DNA of 64,000 bases, from the NCBI GenBank assembly GCA_035316145.1, contig DATHJO010000015.1, positions 9,272-73,271 of the forward strand, given 5' to 3'. The position numbers and the translations under genes were made by a program. Within the stretch, counting starts at the first letter, position 1. Each line of letters opens with the position of its first letter. The DNA is from Allosphingosinicella sp. Lineage in GTDB: Bacteria > Pseudomonadota > Alphaproteobacteria > Sphingomonadales > Sphingomonadaceae. Under the pieces are notes generated by a model. That model ran no database searches. It saw only the letters and a program-made list of their open reading frames with translations, and had not been told where the DNA came from. Positions 10,037 through 20,362 of the stretch are shown one piece after another.

Positions 10037-10330
10037 ATGGGCTGGACCCGCAACCGCACCGTCGTCGCGGCAGCCGGGGCGGCGCTGGCCGGCTTCGCCG
10101 CGCTGCTGCTCGGCCGGCGCTGGCGCGCGCAGGGCGGCGAGGAGCGGCCCGCTCCCGCGCTGGAGCGCGGCAAGACCGCGCCCGGGCCGGTCGGCCAGTC
10201 GGGCGCGGCGCGCTCGGCCGGTCCCGAGGCGATGCGCGATCCGCCCACCGATTGGGAGAAGACCGACCAGGCGTCGGACGAGAGCTTCCCCGCGAGCGAC
10301 CCGCCCGGGATCAACCCCCACGTCGATTGA
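10037..10330 (+). CDS. Small membrane-anchored hypothetical protein with ESFPASDPP C-terminal motif
   Basis: 97 aa with very high GC3, one N-terminal TM, and a C-terminal DQASDESFPASDPPG. Confidence 0.6.
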   Translation: MGWTRNRTVVAAAGAALAGFAALLLGRRWRAQGGEERPAPALERGKTAPGPVGQSGAARSAGPEAMRDPPTDWEKTDQASDESFPASDPPGINPHVD

Positions 10331-10344
10331 GCGAATTCTCGAAG

Positions 10345-10385
10345 TCCACCCCGCCCCAACCCCTCCCCATCAAGGGGAGGGGCTA
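10345..10385. repeat. Palindromic intergenic element (copy R2, single hairpin)
   Basis: CCACCCCGCCCC followed by hairpin CCCCTCCCC-atcaa-GGGGAGGGG, between convergent genes. Confidence 0.85.
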
Positions 10386-10879
10386 TTGGGAACGTCCTGG
10401 TCCGGGCCGGCGGCGAAGATCGTCGCGCGGGCGGCACTCAGCTCGCGGATCGCCTCGGACGCCGACCAGCCCCAGACGAAATGGGCGCCGAGCATCACCG
10501 CGTTGCGCCGCATCGGGTGTTCGGTCGCGGGCTTGAGCACGCCGAAGGCCGGGATCCAGCCCATATAGGAGGCGAGCCAGATGCCGCCGCCGGCGAGCGC
10601 GCCGCCGACCTTCCCGATCCGCGGATTGGCCGCCGCGATCAGCGCGCCGCAGCCGGCGCCATAGGCGAAATGGGCAATGAGGGTGAGGTCGGGCGCCGGG
10701 GCCGCGGGCGGGGCCAGCGCCGCGTCGACAATCTCGCGCGGAGGGAGCGGGTAGCGTTCCCTGGCCGGCAGCCTTTTGTGCAGCCGCCGCATCGCCGCCG
10801 TCATCGCCATCGTCGCGACGAAGCCGGCGATCGCGCCGATCGCCAGCCGCGCGCCAAGCCCGAGCTCCTTGTCCGCCAT
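10370..10879 (-). CDS. Hypothetical integral membrane protein
   Basis: 169 aa with 3-4 Gly/Ala-rich TM segments. The last 4 codons plus the stop lie inside repeat R2. Confidence 0.6.
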   Translation of the reverse strand: MADKELGLGARLAIGAIAGFVATMAMTAAMRRLHKRLPARERYPLPPREIVDAALAPPAAPAPDLTLIAHFAYGAGCGALIAAANPRIGKVGGALAGGGIWLASYMGWIPAFGVLKPATEHPMRRNAVMLGAHFVWGWSASEAIRELSAARATIFAAGPDQDVPNSPSP

Positions 10880-10902
10880 GCCGCCAGCATAGCGGCGGCG
10901 GC

Positions 10903-11133
10903 CTAAAGCTCCACCCCGCTGGCGATCGCCTCGAGCTTCTTCAGGCGCTCGCGCACCGCGGCGAGCTCGATGCGGACGCCGATTTCGTCCTCGGCCGCTT
11001 CGGGCGCCGCCGACCGGGCGGCGAGCTCGAGCTTCTTATAGTCGAGCCAGCCCCGCCAGGCGCGGCCGGCGGCGAGGCAGAGCATCGCGGCGATGGCGAG
11101 CGCGGTGCCGGCATAGATGAGGGACGCAGTCAT
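10903..11133 (-). CDS. Small single-TM coiled-coil protein, last gene of the ABC operon
   Basis: Internal ATG of listed ORF 10903..11310 (upstream part overlaps the permease). 76 aa: MTASLIYAGTALAIAAMLCLAAG...LKKLEAIASGVEL. Confidence 0.5.
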   Translation of the reverse strand: MTASLIYAGTALAIAAMLCLAAGRAWRGWLDYKKLELAARSAAPEAAEDEIGVRIELAAVRERLKKLEAIASGVEL

Positions 11134-11141
11134 GCTCGATC

Positions 11142-13670
11142 CTATTCGTAGCGCAGCGCGTGGATCGGATTGGCGCGGGCGACCCTGAAGGCGTGGCCGG
11201 CGATGGTGCCGATCGCGATCGCCAGGGCGAGCATTCCGGCGAGCACGAACGGCAACGGCCCCAAATCGATGCGCGCGTCGAACGTGTTGAGCCAGGAGCG
11301 CATCGCCCACCAGGCGACCGGCCAGGCGATCAGATTGGCGATGATCACCGGCTTGGAGAATTGCCAGGCGAGCAGCCGGACGATGTCGCGGGTGCGGGCG
11401 CCGAGCACCTTGCGGATGCCGATCTCCTTGGTCCGCCGGTCGGCGGTGAACGCGGCCAGCCCGAACAGGCCAAGGCAGGCGACGATCACGGCGAGGATCG
11501 CGAAGCCGGCGAACACCTTCGCCCGCGCCTGCTCGGCGGTGTAGAGCTCGAGGATCTTGTCCTCGCTGAACACGCCGTCATAGGGCACGTCCGGCGCGAG
11601 CCGGCGCCAGGCGCGCTCGACATTGGCGCGGGCCGTCGCGGGATCGCGCGTGTCGTAGCGCACCAGCAAGGTGCCCGCGAAGGTCCGGTCGAGCCGGAAC
11701 ATGATCGGATCGATCGGCTCGCGGATCGAGCGGAAGCGCGAATCCGGAACGACGCCGATGATGTGGACCGGCACGACGCCGTCCTCGGGATCGAAATAGG
11801 GCACGCCGACGGTCTTGCCGACCGCGTCGGCAGGGCTGCGGAAGCCCATTCGCTGGACGGCGAGCTGGTTGACGACGACGTTGATGCCCCGCGCCACCAG
11901 CGCCCGCTCCTGCGCGTCGACCGCGGCCCGGCTCGCCGGATCGGCCGACGCCAGGGCGACCGTCGAATCGTCGCCGGGGCGGTTGCGGTCGAACAGCCGG
12001 CCGGCGACGGGCGAGATGCCCATCGTCCGAAAGAAGTCGACGTCGACCGAATAATTGCCGATCGTCACCGGCTCGGTCTGGCCCGGCACCTGGACGCCGC
12101 TATTGTTGTTGTTGTCGGTGGCGACGCCGATGCCGGAGCGGCCGACGGAAACGACGCCGGGCACGCGCGCCATTTCCTCGGTGATCGTGTCGGAACGCTC
12201 GATCAGCTGGCGCCGGCCGAGATTCTCGATCTGGATCAGGCCGTCGCGGCGATAGCCGGGATCGACCGTCCGCGCGTAGACGGTCTGGGCGTAGACCACC
12301 GCGGTGCAGATGATGAGCCCGATCGAAACCGAGAATTGGGCAACGACCAGGATGTTGCGCAGGATGCCCGAACCGGAGGCTTCGGCCGAGGATTTGTTGG
12401 CCTTGAGCACCTGCGCCGGCTGGAAGCGCGAGAGGTAGAAGGCCGGGTAGACGCCGCCGGCTCCGCCGACGATCAGGGTCAATGCAACGATCGGCAGCAG
12501 CATCCCGTCCCAGCCGAAATAATGCATGGCAAGATCGGCATCGAGGAAGTGAGAGAGCGCCGGCAGCAGCAGCTCGACCAGCGCCAGCGCGAGCAGCATC
12601 GCGATCGCCGCGATCAGCACCGACTCGGCGATGAACTGGGTAATCAATTGCTTGCGGTTGGCGCCGAGCACCTTCCTCAATGCCACCTCGCGCGCCCGCT
12701 GGCTGGCGCGGGCGGTGGCGAGGTTGGTGAAGTTGACGCAGGCCATGCCGAGGATGAGGAAGGCGATGATGGCGAAGGTGACGATCGTCTGGCGGTCGTT
12801 GCCCGGCTTCATCGTCCCGTCCTGGGCGATGCCGAGGTGGACGTCGCGGACGTTGGTCACCCGCCAGTCCTCCTCGTCCCCCTGGTTGGTGGTCTGGTTG
12901 CCGTAGGTCTCGTTGGGGATGTTGCGGCGCTCCCAGGCGGGCAGCGCCGCCTGGATCGCGGCCGGGTCGCTGCCCGGCCTGAGGGTGAAATAGACCCAGC
13001 CCGACTGGCAGCCCCAGCAGGTCAGGAAAATGGGCGAATCGTCGAACCAGCGGGCCATGTCGACGCGGGCGACGATGGTGAAGCGGACGTGGCTGTTGCG
13101 CGGCAGGTCGCGGACGATTCCGGTGACGCGATAGTCGACGGTGCGGCCGCGCGAGATCATGGTCAGCGTCCGGCCGAGCACGTTCTCGGTGCCGAACACG
13201 CGCCGCGCCTCGCTCTGGGTCAGCACGACATTGTTGGTCTGGACGAGCGCGGTGCGCGGATCGCCGGCGATGAACGGGAATTGGAGGACGTCGAAGAACA
13301 GATTGTCGACCAGCAGCACATTCTCGGTGGACAGCGATTCGGCGCCGCGGCGGATCACCGGCTCCGCGCCGAGCGCGTAGACCATGCGCTCGATCTGCGG
13401 GAAGTCGGCCTTGAGCCGCTGGCCGGAGACGTAGGCGGCCATCTGCAGATCGGCTTCCTCGCCGGTCTGCTTGGACTTGTAGTGGGTCTGGAACTGGTAG
13501 GTGTTGTCCGCATTGGGGAGCCACGCGTCGTAGCTGGTCTCGTAGCGGACGTAGAGGAGCAGCATCAGGCAGGCGGCAAGGCCGATCGCCAGGCCGAAAA
13601 TGTTGATGAAGGCATAGGTCTTGTTCTTGACCAGCGCCCGGACGCCCACCGTCATGTAATTGCGCCACAT
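11142..13670 (-). CDS. ABC transporter permease, double FtsX domain (MacB-like)
   Basis: 842 aa. N-terminal MWRNYMTVGVRALVKNKTYAFINIFGLAIG and two FtsX 4-TM blocks with periplasmic MacB_PCD-like inserts. GAGGAG SD. Confidence 0.9.
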   Translation of the reverse strand: MWRNYMTVGVRALVKNKTYAFINIFGLAIGLAACLMLLLYVRYETSYDAWLPNADNTYQFQTHYKSKQTGEEADLQMAAYVSGQRLKADFPQIERMVYALGAEPVIRRGAESLSTENVLLVDNLFFDVLQFPFIAGDPRTALVQTNNVVLTQSEARRVFGTENVLGRTLTMISRGRTVDYRVTGIVRDLPRNSHVRFTIVARVDMARWFDDSPIFLTCWGCQSGWVYFTLRPGSDPAAIQAALPAWERRNIPNETYGNQTTNQGDEEDWRVTNVRDVHLGIAQDGTMKPGNDRQTIVTFAIIAFLILGMACVNFTNLATARASQRAREVALRKVLGANRKQLITQFIAESVLIAAIAMLLALALVELLLPALSHFLDADLAMHYFGWDGMLLPIVALTLIVGGAGGVYPAFYLSRFQPAQVLKANKSSAEASGSGILRNILVVAQFSVSIGLIICTAVVYAQTVYARTVDPGYRRDGLIQIENLGRRQLIERSDTITEEMARVPGVVSVGRSGIGVATDNNNNSGVQVPGQTEPVTIGNYSVDVDFFRTMGISPVAGRLFDRNRPGDDSTVALASADPASRAAVDAQERALVARGINVVVNQLAVQRMGFRSPADAVGKTVGVPYFDPEDGVVPVHIIGVVPDSRFRSIREPIDPIMFRLDRTFAGTLLVRYDTRDPATARANVERAWRRLAPDVPYDGVFSEDKILELYTAEQARAKVFAGFAILAVIVACLGLFGLAAFTADRRTKEIGIRKVLGARTRDIVRLLAWQFSKPVIIANLIAWPVAWWAMRSWLNTFDARIDLGPLPFVLAGMLALAIAIGTIAGHAFRVARANPIHALRYE

Positions 13671-13694
13671 CTCTACTTCTCCTCTTCACTCCTG

Positions 13695-13804
13695 AGCCCC
13701 TCCCCTCGATGGGGAGGGGTTGGGGTGGGGTGGACTCGGAGACCGGCTCCGTGCCGGTGGAGATGCCACCCCCACCCCGGCCCTCCCCCATCGAGGGGAG
13801 GGAG
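13695..13804. repeat. Composite palindromic element (copy R3), intercistronic
   Basis: CCCCTCCCC-tcgat-GGGGAGGGG, long stem GGGGTGGGGTGG...CCACCCCCACCCC, then CCCTCCCCC-atcga-GGGGAGGG. Lies between the ABC ATPase stop and the permease start. Confidence 0.85.
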
Positions 13805-13809
13805 AAACG

Positions 13810-14490
13810 TCACGCCGCGCGGCGGTGCTCGACCAGGATCCGCCCGTCGAGCATGTTGACGACGCGGCCGGCATAATCGGCGTGGCTCGGCGAGTGGGTC
13901 ACCATGCAGATGGTCGAGCCCTCCGCGTTCAGCGCCTGCAGCATCTTCATCACCTCCTCGCCATGGGCGGTGTCGAGATTGCCGGTCGGTTCGTCGGCGA
14001 GGATCAGCTTCGGCGCTGCGACAAGGGCCCGGGCGACGGCGACACGTTGTTGCTGGCCGCCTGACAATTGGCTCGGCCGGTGCTTGGCGCGGTGGGCGAT
14101 GCCCACCTTGTCCATCACCTCGTCGACCCGGGTGCGCCGCTCGCCCGCGGGGACGTTGTGGTAGAGCAGCGCAAGCTCGATATTCTCGCGGACGGAGAGC
14201 TCGTCGACGAGATTGAAGGACTGGAAGATGAAGCCGATGTTCCGCTTGCGAAAGTCGGCGAGCTTCGATTCGGAGAGCCCCGCGACCTCGGTGCCGTTGA
14301 AGATGTAGGAGCCCGAGGTCGGCGAATCGAGCATGCCGATCACGTTCAACAAGGTCGATTTGCCGCAGCCCGACGGCCCCATGATCGCGACGAACTCGCC
14401 GTCGGCGACATCGAGGAAGATGCCGTCGAGCGCGGTCGTTTCGACCGTGTCGGTGCGGTAGACCCGCGAGACTTCACGCATGCTCAGCAT
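13810..14490 (-). CDS. ABC transporter ATP-binding protein (MacB/LolD-type)
   Basis: Walker A GPSGCGKST, signature LSGGQQQRV, Walker B ILADEPT. Start set at the ATG after a GGGAG SD. Confidence 0.9.
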   Translation of the reverse strand: MLSMREVSRVYRTDTVETTALDGIFLDVADGEFVAIMGPSGCGKSTLLNVIGMLDSPTSGSYIFNGTEVAGLSESKLADFRKRNIGFIFQSFNLVDELSVRENIELALLYHNVPAGERRTRVDEVMDKVGIAHRAKHRPSQLSGGQQQRVAVARALVAAPKLILADEPTGNLDTAHGEEVMKMLQALNAEGSTICMVTHSPSHADYAGRVVNMLDGRILVEHRRAA

Positions 14491-14503
14491 AAACAAGCTC
14501 CCT

Positions 14504-15808
14504 TCATTGCCCACTGAGGCTCAGCCGATCGCGCTCGACGAAGCCCGTATAAGGAGAGGTGATGACGCGCTCGCCCGGGTCGAGCCCTTCGAGCACCTCG
14601 ATATAATCGTTGTTGCGGCGGCCGAGCCGGACGTTGCGCTTGACCGCCGAGCGGCCGTCGGGCGCGACCACGAACACCCAGGCGCCGCCGGTGTCGTTGT
14701 AGAACGAGCCGTTGGGGATCATCCGCGCCTGGGAGGGCGCGCCCAGGGTCAGCCGGATCTGGACGGTCTGGCCGCGCTGGAGGTCGGCGGGCTCGGCCTC
14801 GAGGAACCTGAGGTCGATCTCGAACGCGCCGTTGCGCACCTGCGGATAGATTTTGCTGACCCGCATCCGGTACTGGCGGCCGCCGACCTCGGCATTGGCG
14901 ACCTGGCCGACGGCGACCCGGCCGAGATAGAATTCGTCGACCTGGGCGCGCAATTTGTTGTGGCCGGCGCTGTCGATCTGGCCGAGCCGCTCGCCGCGCT
15001 GCAGCGACTGGCCGATCTGGATGTCGAACGAGGTCAGCTGGCCGGCGACCGGGGCGCGCAGGTTCAGCGAATCGAGGCTCATGCGGGCGATTTCGAGGCT
15101 CTGGTTCATCGCGCTGGTCGACGAGCGGAGCTGGGCGAGCTGGCTCGACTGCAGCCGCTCGTCCTCGCTCTGCTGGCGGCGCACCACTTCGGAGCGGCGG
15201 CGGTTCGCCTCATAGGTGTCGCGGCTGTCGGCGAAGGTGCGGCCGGCGATGAAGCCGCGCTGGGCGAGCGGCCGCTGCATCTCGTACTGGCGGCGCGCGG
15301 TCCCGGTGGCGAGGTCGGCCTCGATCCGCGCCCGCTCGTTGGCGAGCCGGGTCTGGTTGAGCGCAAGCTCCTGGCTGCGCATCGAGTTCAGCTGCTGGGT
15401 GACCTCGGTCTGGCGGGCGAGCACGTTCAATTGCAGCTCGGGATTGGTGAGCACCGCGAGCAGCTGGCCCTGCTGGACCATGGTGCCGTCCTCGACGACG
15501 ACGCGCTCGACCCGGCCGCCCTCGACCGCATCGAGGAAGACGGTGAGCGACGGCTCGACCCGCGCCCGCAAGGGCAGGAAATCGTCGAACCGGCCCTGCG
15601 TCACCGTCGAGATGGTGAGCCGCGCGACGGGGACGGTCTGGCTGTTGGCGCTCGGCGCGAAATAATAGAAGATGGCGAGCAGGAGGATCAGCGCGATCGC
15701 GCCGAGGCCGATCTTGACCTTGGTCGGGAGCCCGCCCTTCGCGACCGCGCGGTCCATGCCGCCGCCGCTCACCGGGCTCTCATTCTTGGGCATGCGGACG
15801 ACGCTCAT
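14504..15808 (-). CDS. HlyD-family periplasmic adaptor (membrane fusion protein)
   Basis: N-terminal TM IGLGAIALILLLAIFYYF, coiled-coil region, beta-barrel C-terminus. Exact start uncertain (15793-15883). Confidence 0.85.
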   Translation of the reverse strand: MSVVRMPKNESPVSGGGMDRAVAKGGLPTKVKIGLGAIALILLLAIFYYFAPSANSQTVPVARLTISTVTQGRFDDFLPLRARVEPSLTVFLDAVEGGRVERVVVEDGTMVQQGQLLAVLTNPELQLNVLARQTEVTQQLNSMRSQELALNQTRLANERARIEADLATGTARRQYEMQRPLAQRGFIAGRTFADSRDTYEANRRRSEVVRRQQSEDERLQSSQLAQLRSSTSAMNQSLEIARMSLDSLNLRAPVAGQLTSFDIQIGQSLQRGERLGQIDSAGHNKLRAQVDEFYLGRVAVGQVANAEVGGRQYRMRVSKIYPQVRNGAFEIDLRFLEAEPADLQRGQTVQIRLTLGAPSQARMIPNGSFYNDTGGAWVFVVAPDGRSAVKRNVRLGRRNNDYIEVLEGLDPGERVITSPYTGFVERDRLSLSGQ

Positions 15809-15895
15809 GGAAAGAGGTGCTCTTGGCAAGACGACGCGGCGGCAGCCTGTCCGGAATCGGACAATAACTGTCCGCCACCGCACACCGTCATGCGC

Positions 15896-15982
15896 TCAGG
15901 CAATCGGCATGGAGGCGACGAAGGTCAAAAACCCGGTCGCGATGAAGCCGACGGCGAAGGCCAGCGCTTCGAACTTATCCAT
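15896..15982 (-). CDS. Unlisted 28-aa hydrophobic peptide ORF (MDKFEALAFAVGFIATGFLTFVASMPIA)
   Basis: Found by hand (below the ORF-track length cutoff). ATG with a GGGAGA SD 7 nt upstream, about 35 nt downstream of the sigma-54 promoter, first cistron before HlyD. Confidence 0.5.
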   Translation of the reverse strand: MDKFEALAFAVGFIATGFLTFVASMPIA

Positions 15983-16026
15983 TTCGCATCTCCCTGAACG
16001 CGGAAAACCCCTGATGCGGGAGGAGC

Positions 16027-16042
16027 AGCACGAGCCGTGCCA
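16027..16042 (-). promoter_or_regulatory. Sigma-54 (-24/-12) promoter
   Basis: The minus strand reads TGGCACG-gctc-GTGCT, against consensus TGGCACG-N4-TTGCW. GG and GC have the canonical spacing, and the promoter points into the peptide-HlyD-ABC operon. Confidence 0.65.
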
Positions 16043-16175
16043 GTTGCCGGAAGTGGCGGAAATCCGCCCCTTTCGCTCGAACCGCGCCGATCCCGTCCGG
16101 CGCCTTCGCGTCCGCGGGCGGACACTGGCACGCTTTTTGATTGTCCGTTATCGAACATCGCGGGAGGGCTCCCCT

Positions 16176-17582
<1,407 letters not shown>

Positions 17583-17599
17583 GGTACCGGGCGCTCTTT

Positions 17600-17726
17600 A
17601 TCCTCCCCTCGATTTCGAGGGGAGGGGGACCATGCGAAGCATGGTGGAGGGGCCTCTTCGGACGCTGCGAGAAGCCCCTCCACCGTCCTGCGGACGGTCC
17701 CCCTCCCCTGCAAATGCAGGGGAGGA
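17600..17726. repeat. Composite palindromic element (copy R4), intercistronic
   Basis: CCTCCCCTCGA-tt-TCGAGGGGAGG, long stem GGTGGAGGGGC...GCCCCTCCACC, then CCTCCCCTGCA-aa-TGCAGGGGAGG. Lies between the regulator stop and the kinase start. Confidence 0.85.
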
Positions 17727-17735
17727 TTTAAGGCG

Positions 17736-19076
17736 GTGAGCGTCTTCGGCCATCGCTTCCTGTTCGGCCTCGCCTGGCGGCTGGGGCTGCTGGTGGCGGC
17801 CGCCTTCGCCTTCGCCGCTTCGCTGGCGCGGCCCGACCTCGGCGCTGCGCGGATCGTCGCCGGCCTGCTCGTGCTCGGCGCCGCCGCCCTGCTCTGGCGC
17901 CACGTCCAGCGCACCAACATCGAGCTGTCGCGCTTCATCGACGCGGTCCGCTTCGGCGATTTCAGCCAGGGCTTCTCGCACCGCGGCCAGGGCTCGGGCT
18001 TCGCCGAGCTCTCCGGCACGCTCGACGAGGCGATCAGGCGGCTGCGCGACGAGCGCCACAAGCTGATCGACGCCAACCGCTTCTACGAGGCGGTGCTCGA
18101 CGACGCCCCGACCGCATTGCTGACGGTCGACGCCGACGGCAAGGTCGAGCTCGCCAACAAGGCCGCCCGCCGCCTCTTGGTCCGCCACAAGGGGGTGAGG
18201 GTCGAGGATTTCCGCGAATATGGCGACGCTTTCGCCACCGCGCTCGAAGGCGGCGCGGTCAACCGACCGCGGCTCGTCCCTTTGCTCAGCGACGGCGTGC
18301 CGCAGACGATGCTGGTCGGGGCGGCGATCGTCCACCGCTTGGGCGGCCTCGTCCGGGTCGTCGCGGTCCAGCCGATCCAGGGCGAATTGAACGCGATCGA
18401 GATCGCCGCCCAGTCGGACCTGATCCGCGTCCTCACCCACGAGATCATGAACTCGATGACCCCGGTCACCTCGCTCGCCCACAGCGCGGTCGATCTGATG
18501 CGGGGCGTCGACCAGGGCGGCGATGCCGACGTCGCCGACGCCCGGATCGCGGTCGAGACGCTCGCCCGGCGCGCCGACGGCGTCATGCATTTCGTCGAAT
18601 CCTACCGCCAGATCAGCCGCGCGCCCGAGATCAGGGCGCGGCCGATCGACGTCGCCGCCTGGGGCCGCGAGCTCGAATCCTTGTTCCGGGCGAGCGAGCG
18701 CGCGAAGGGGATCGACCTCACCCTGGCGGTCGACGAGTCGCTGACCCTCGATGCCGATCCGGACCTGATGAGCCAGGTGCTGATCAACCTGATCCGCAAC
18801 GCCGGCCAGGCCGCGCGCGGCCATGCCGGGCGCCCGCACGTCTGGCTGAGCTTCGCGCGCACCCGCTCGGAAAGGACCCAGATCGAGGTCGCCGACAACG
18901 GCCCCGGCGTGCCCGAGGGCCTCAGGCAGGACATCTTCCTCCCCTTCTTCACCACCAAGGCCGAAGGGACCGGCGTGGGCTTGAGCCTCGCCCGCCAGGT
19001 CGTCTTGGCCCACAAGGGCTCGATCAGCGTCGGCGACCGCCCGGGCGGCGGCGCCCTGTTCCGGATCGTGCTCTAG
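17736..19076 (+). CDS. Membrane sensor histidine kinase
   Basis: Two N-terminal TM segments, a PAS-like region, H-box LTHEIMNSMTPV, and a HATPase_c domain (DNGPGVP...GTGVGLSL). Confidence 0.9.
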   Translation: MSVFGHRFLFGLAWRLGLLVAAAFAFAASLARPDLGAARIVAGLLVLGAAALLWRHVQRTNIELSRFIDAVRFGDFSQGFSHRGQGSGFAELSGTLDEAIRRLRDERHKLIDANRFYEAVLDDAPTALLTVDADGKVELANKAARRLLVRHKGVRVEDFREYGDAFATALEGGAVNRPRLVPLLSDGVPQTMLVGAAIVHRLGGLVRVVAVQPIQGELNAIEIAAQSDLIRVLTHEIMNSMTPVTSLAHSAVDLMRGVDQGGDADVADARIAVETLARRADGVMHFVESYRQISRAPEIRARPIDVAAWGRELESLFRASERAKGIDLTLAVDESLTLDADPDLMSQVLINLIRNAGQAARGHAGRPHVWLSFARTRSERTQIEVADNGPGVPEGLRQDIFLPFFTTKAEGTGVGLSLARQVVLAHKGSISVGDRPGGGALFRIVL

Positions 19077-20362
19077 CCCGCAATCCGTTCGGCGACGCCG
19101 GCGGCCTGCGTCCTGATGTCGGGGATGGCGACGCTCTCCCAGAAGGTGCCGCGCGTCATCGGGCCGATCGCGTAGAGGCTGTCGGACGGCGCGCCGTCTG
19201 CGCCGAGCGTGCGGCAGTCGTGGTCGACGTCGATGCCGATCTTCAAGGGATCCGGCCGGATCCGGCCCGCCGCGACCAAAGCGAACAGCAAGGGCTCGCC
19301 CGAGCGGACGATGTTCAGCTCCGGCCCGGTGCAGTTGACGATCCGCGCCACCCGCAGCGTTTCGATATCGTCCCGCCCGCGGGCGCGGAAGCGCACCAAT
19401 GCGCGGTCGCCTTCCGGCTCGGCGGAAACCAGCTTGCCCGCCGCCACGGCGAGCTGCGCCGCGCTTTGCATCGCCTCGATCGTCTCGCCGACCGCCGGCG
19501 CGATCTTGTGGCGGTGGACGTCCCACCAGGGCCGCAAATGCCTCAGGAAACGCCGCCGCTCCTCGGCGCCCGCCCCGGCCCACAGCGCCTGAGTGACGGT
19601 GCGCAATTCGTGGACGGCGCTGCGCCAGCCGATCTCTTCGCTCCGTGCCCTGACCCGTCGCAGCATCGCCGTGCAGCCCGGCGGCAATTCCTCGCAGGGC
19701 GCCACCATCGGTTCGCGCGGGCCGTGCGCCCGGGGCGCGAGGCCGCGCCGCGACAAGGCGACGATCCGGCCCGGAAAGCCCGCCGCCTCGAGCGTCAGCG
19801 CCGCATCGACCGCGGTGAGGCCGGTGCCGAGCAGCAGGACGACATCGCCCGCCCCGAGTCCGTCCGCGATCCCCTCAGCCCAGGGATCGTCGATCCAGAG
19901 CGAGCCGAGCGCTTCGGGGTCGATCCCGGGCGGCGTCGCCGGCTTCAGATTGCCCGGCGCGAGCACGACCACGTCCGCGTCGATCCTGCCGCCGTCTGCC
20001 AGCACGACGCCGTCGGCAAGGTCGATCACCTCGCCGCGGACGGCCGCGATTCCCGCCCGGGCGAGCAATTCGGCCAGATAGTCGCCGTAGAGCATGCGCG
20101 GCGCGAAATCCTCCTCGCCGCCGCCGGCGCGGGCGGCGAACCAGCGGACGAAGTGGTCGGGATCGTCGGCGAGCGCGCTCATCCTTCGCGCGGGGACGTT
20201 GAGCAAATGCTCCGGCCGCATCGTCGAATAAGCGACGCCGCGACCCGGCGCGCGCGCGCGTTCGATCAGGGTGACGGAGCCGACGCCCGCGCGCTGGAGG
20301 TGCAGCGCCTGGAGCGCGCCCGCGGCGCCGCCGCCGACGACCGCGACCGCTGCCCGGGTCAC
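19073..20362 (-). CDS. FAD/NAD(P)-binding oxidoreductase (FAD-NAD(P)-binding family)
   Basis: GTG start gives VTRAAVAVVGGGAAG (Rossmann GxGxxG). It overlaps the Rrf2 stop (GTGA). The listed 799-aa ORF is a composite and is rejected. Confidence 0.75.
   Translation of the reverse strand: MTRAAVAVVGGGAAGALQALHLQRAGVGSVTLIERARAPGRGVAYSTMRPEHLLNVPARRMSALADDPDHFVRWFAARAGGGEEDFAPRMLYGDYLAELLARAGIAAVRGEVIDLADGVVLADGGRIDADVVVLAPGNLKPATPPGIDPEALGSLWIDDPWAEGIADGLGAGDVVLLLGTGLTAVDAALTLEAAGFPGRIVALSRRGLAPRAHGPREPMVAPCEELPPGCTAMLRRVRARSEEIGWRSAVHELRTVTQALWAGAGAEERRRFLRHLRPWWDVHRHKIAPAVGETIEAMQSAAQLAVAAGKLVSAEPEGDRALVRFRARGRDDIETLRVARIVNCTGPELNIVRSGEPLLFALVAAGRIRPDPLKIGIDVDHDCRTLGADGAPSDSLYAIGPMTRGTFWESVAIPDIRTQAAGVAERIAG

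Noticed and set aside
15672-16175. N-terminal 168-codon extension of the sigma-54 regulator ORF
   Set aside because: The extension overlaps the HlyD start, the small ORF and the promoter region. It has no receiver-domain sequence. A GTG with a strong SD at 16176 begins the receiver domain.
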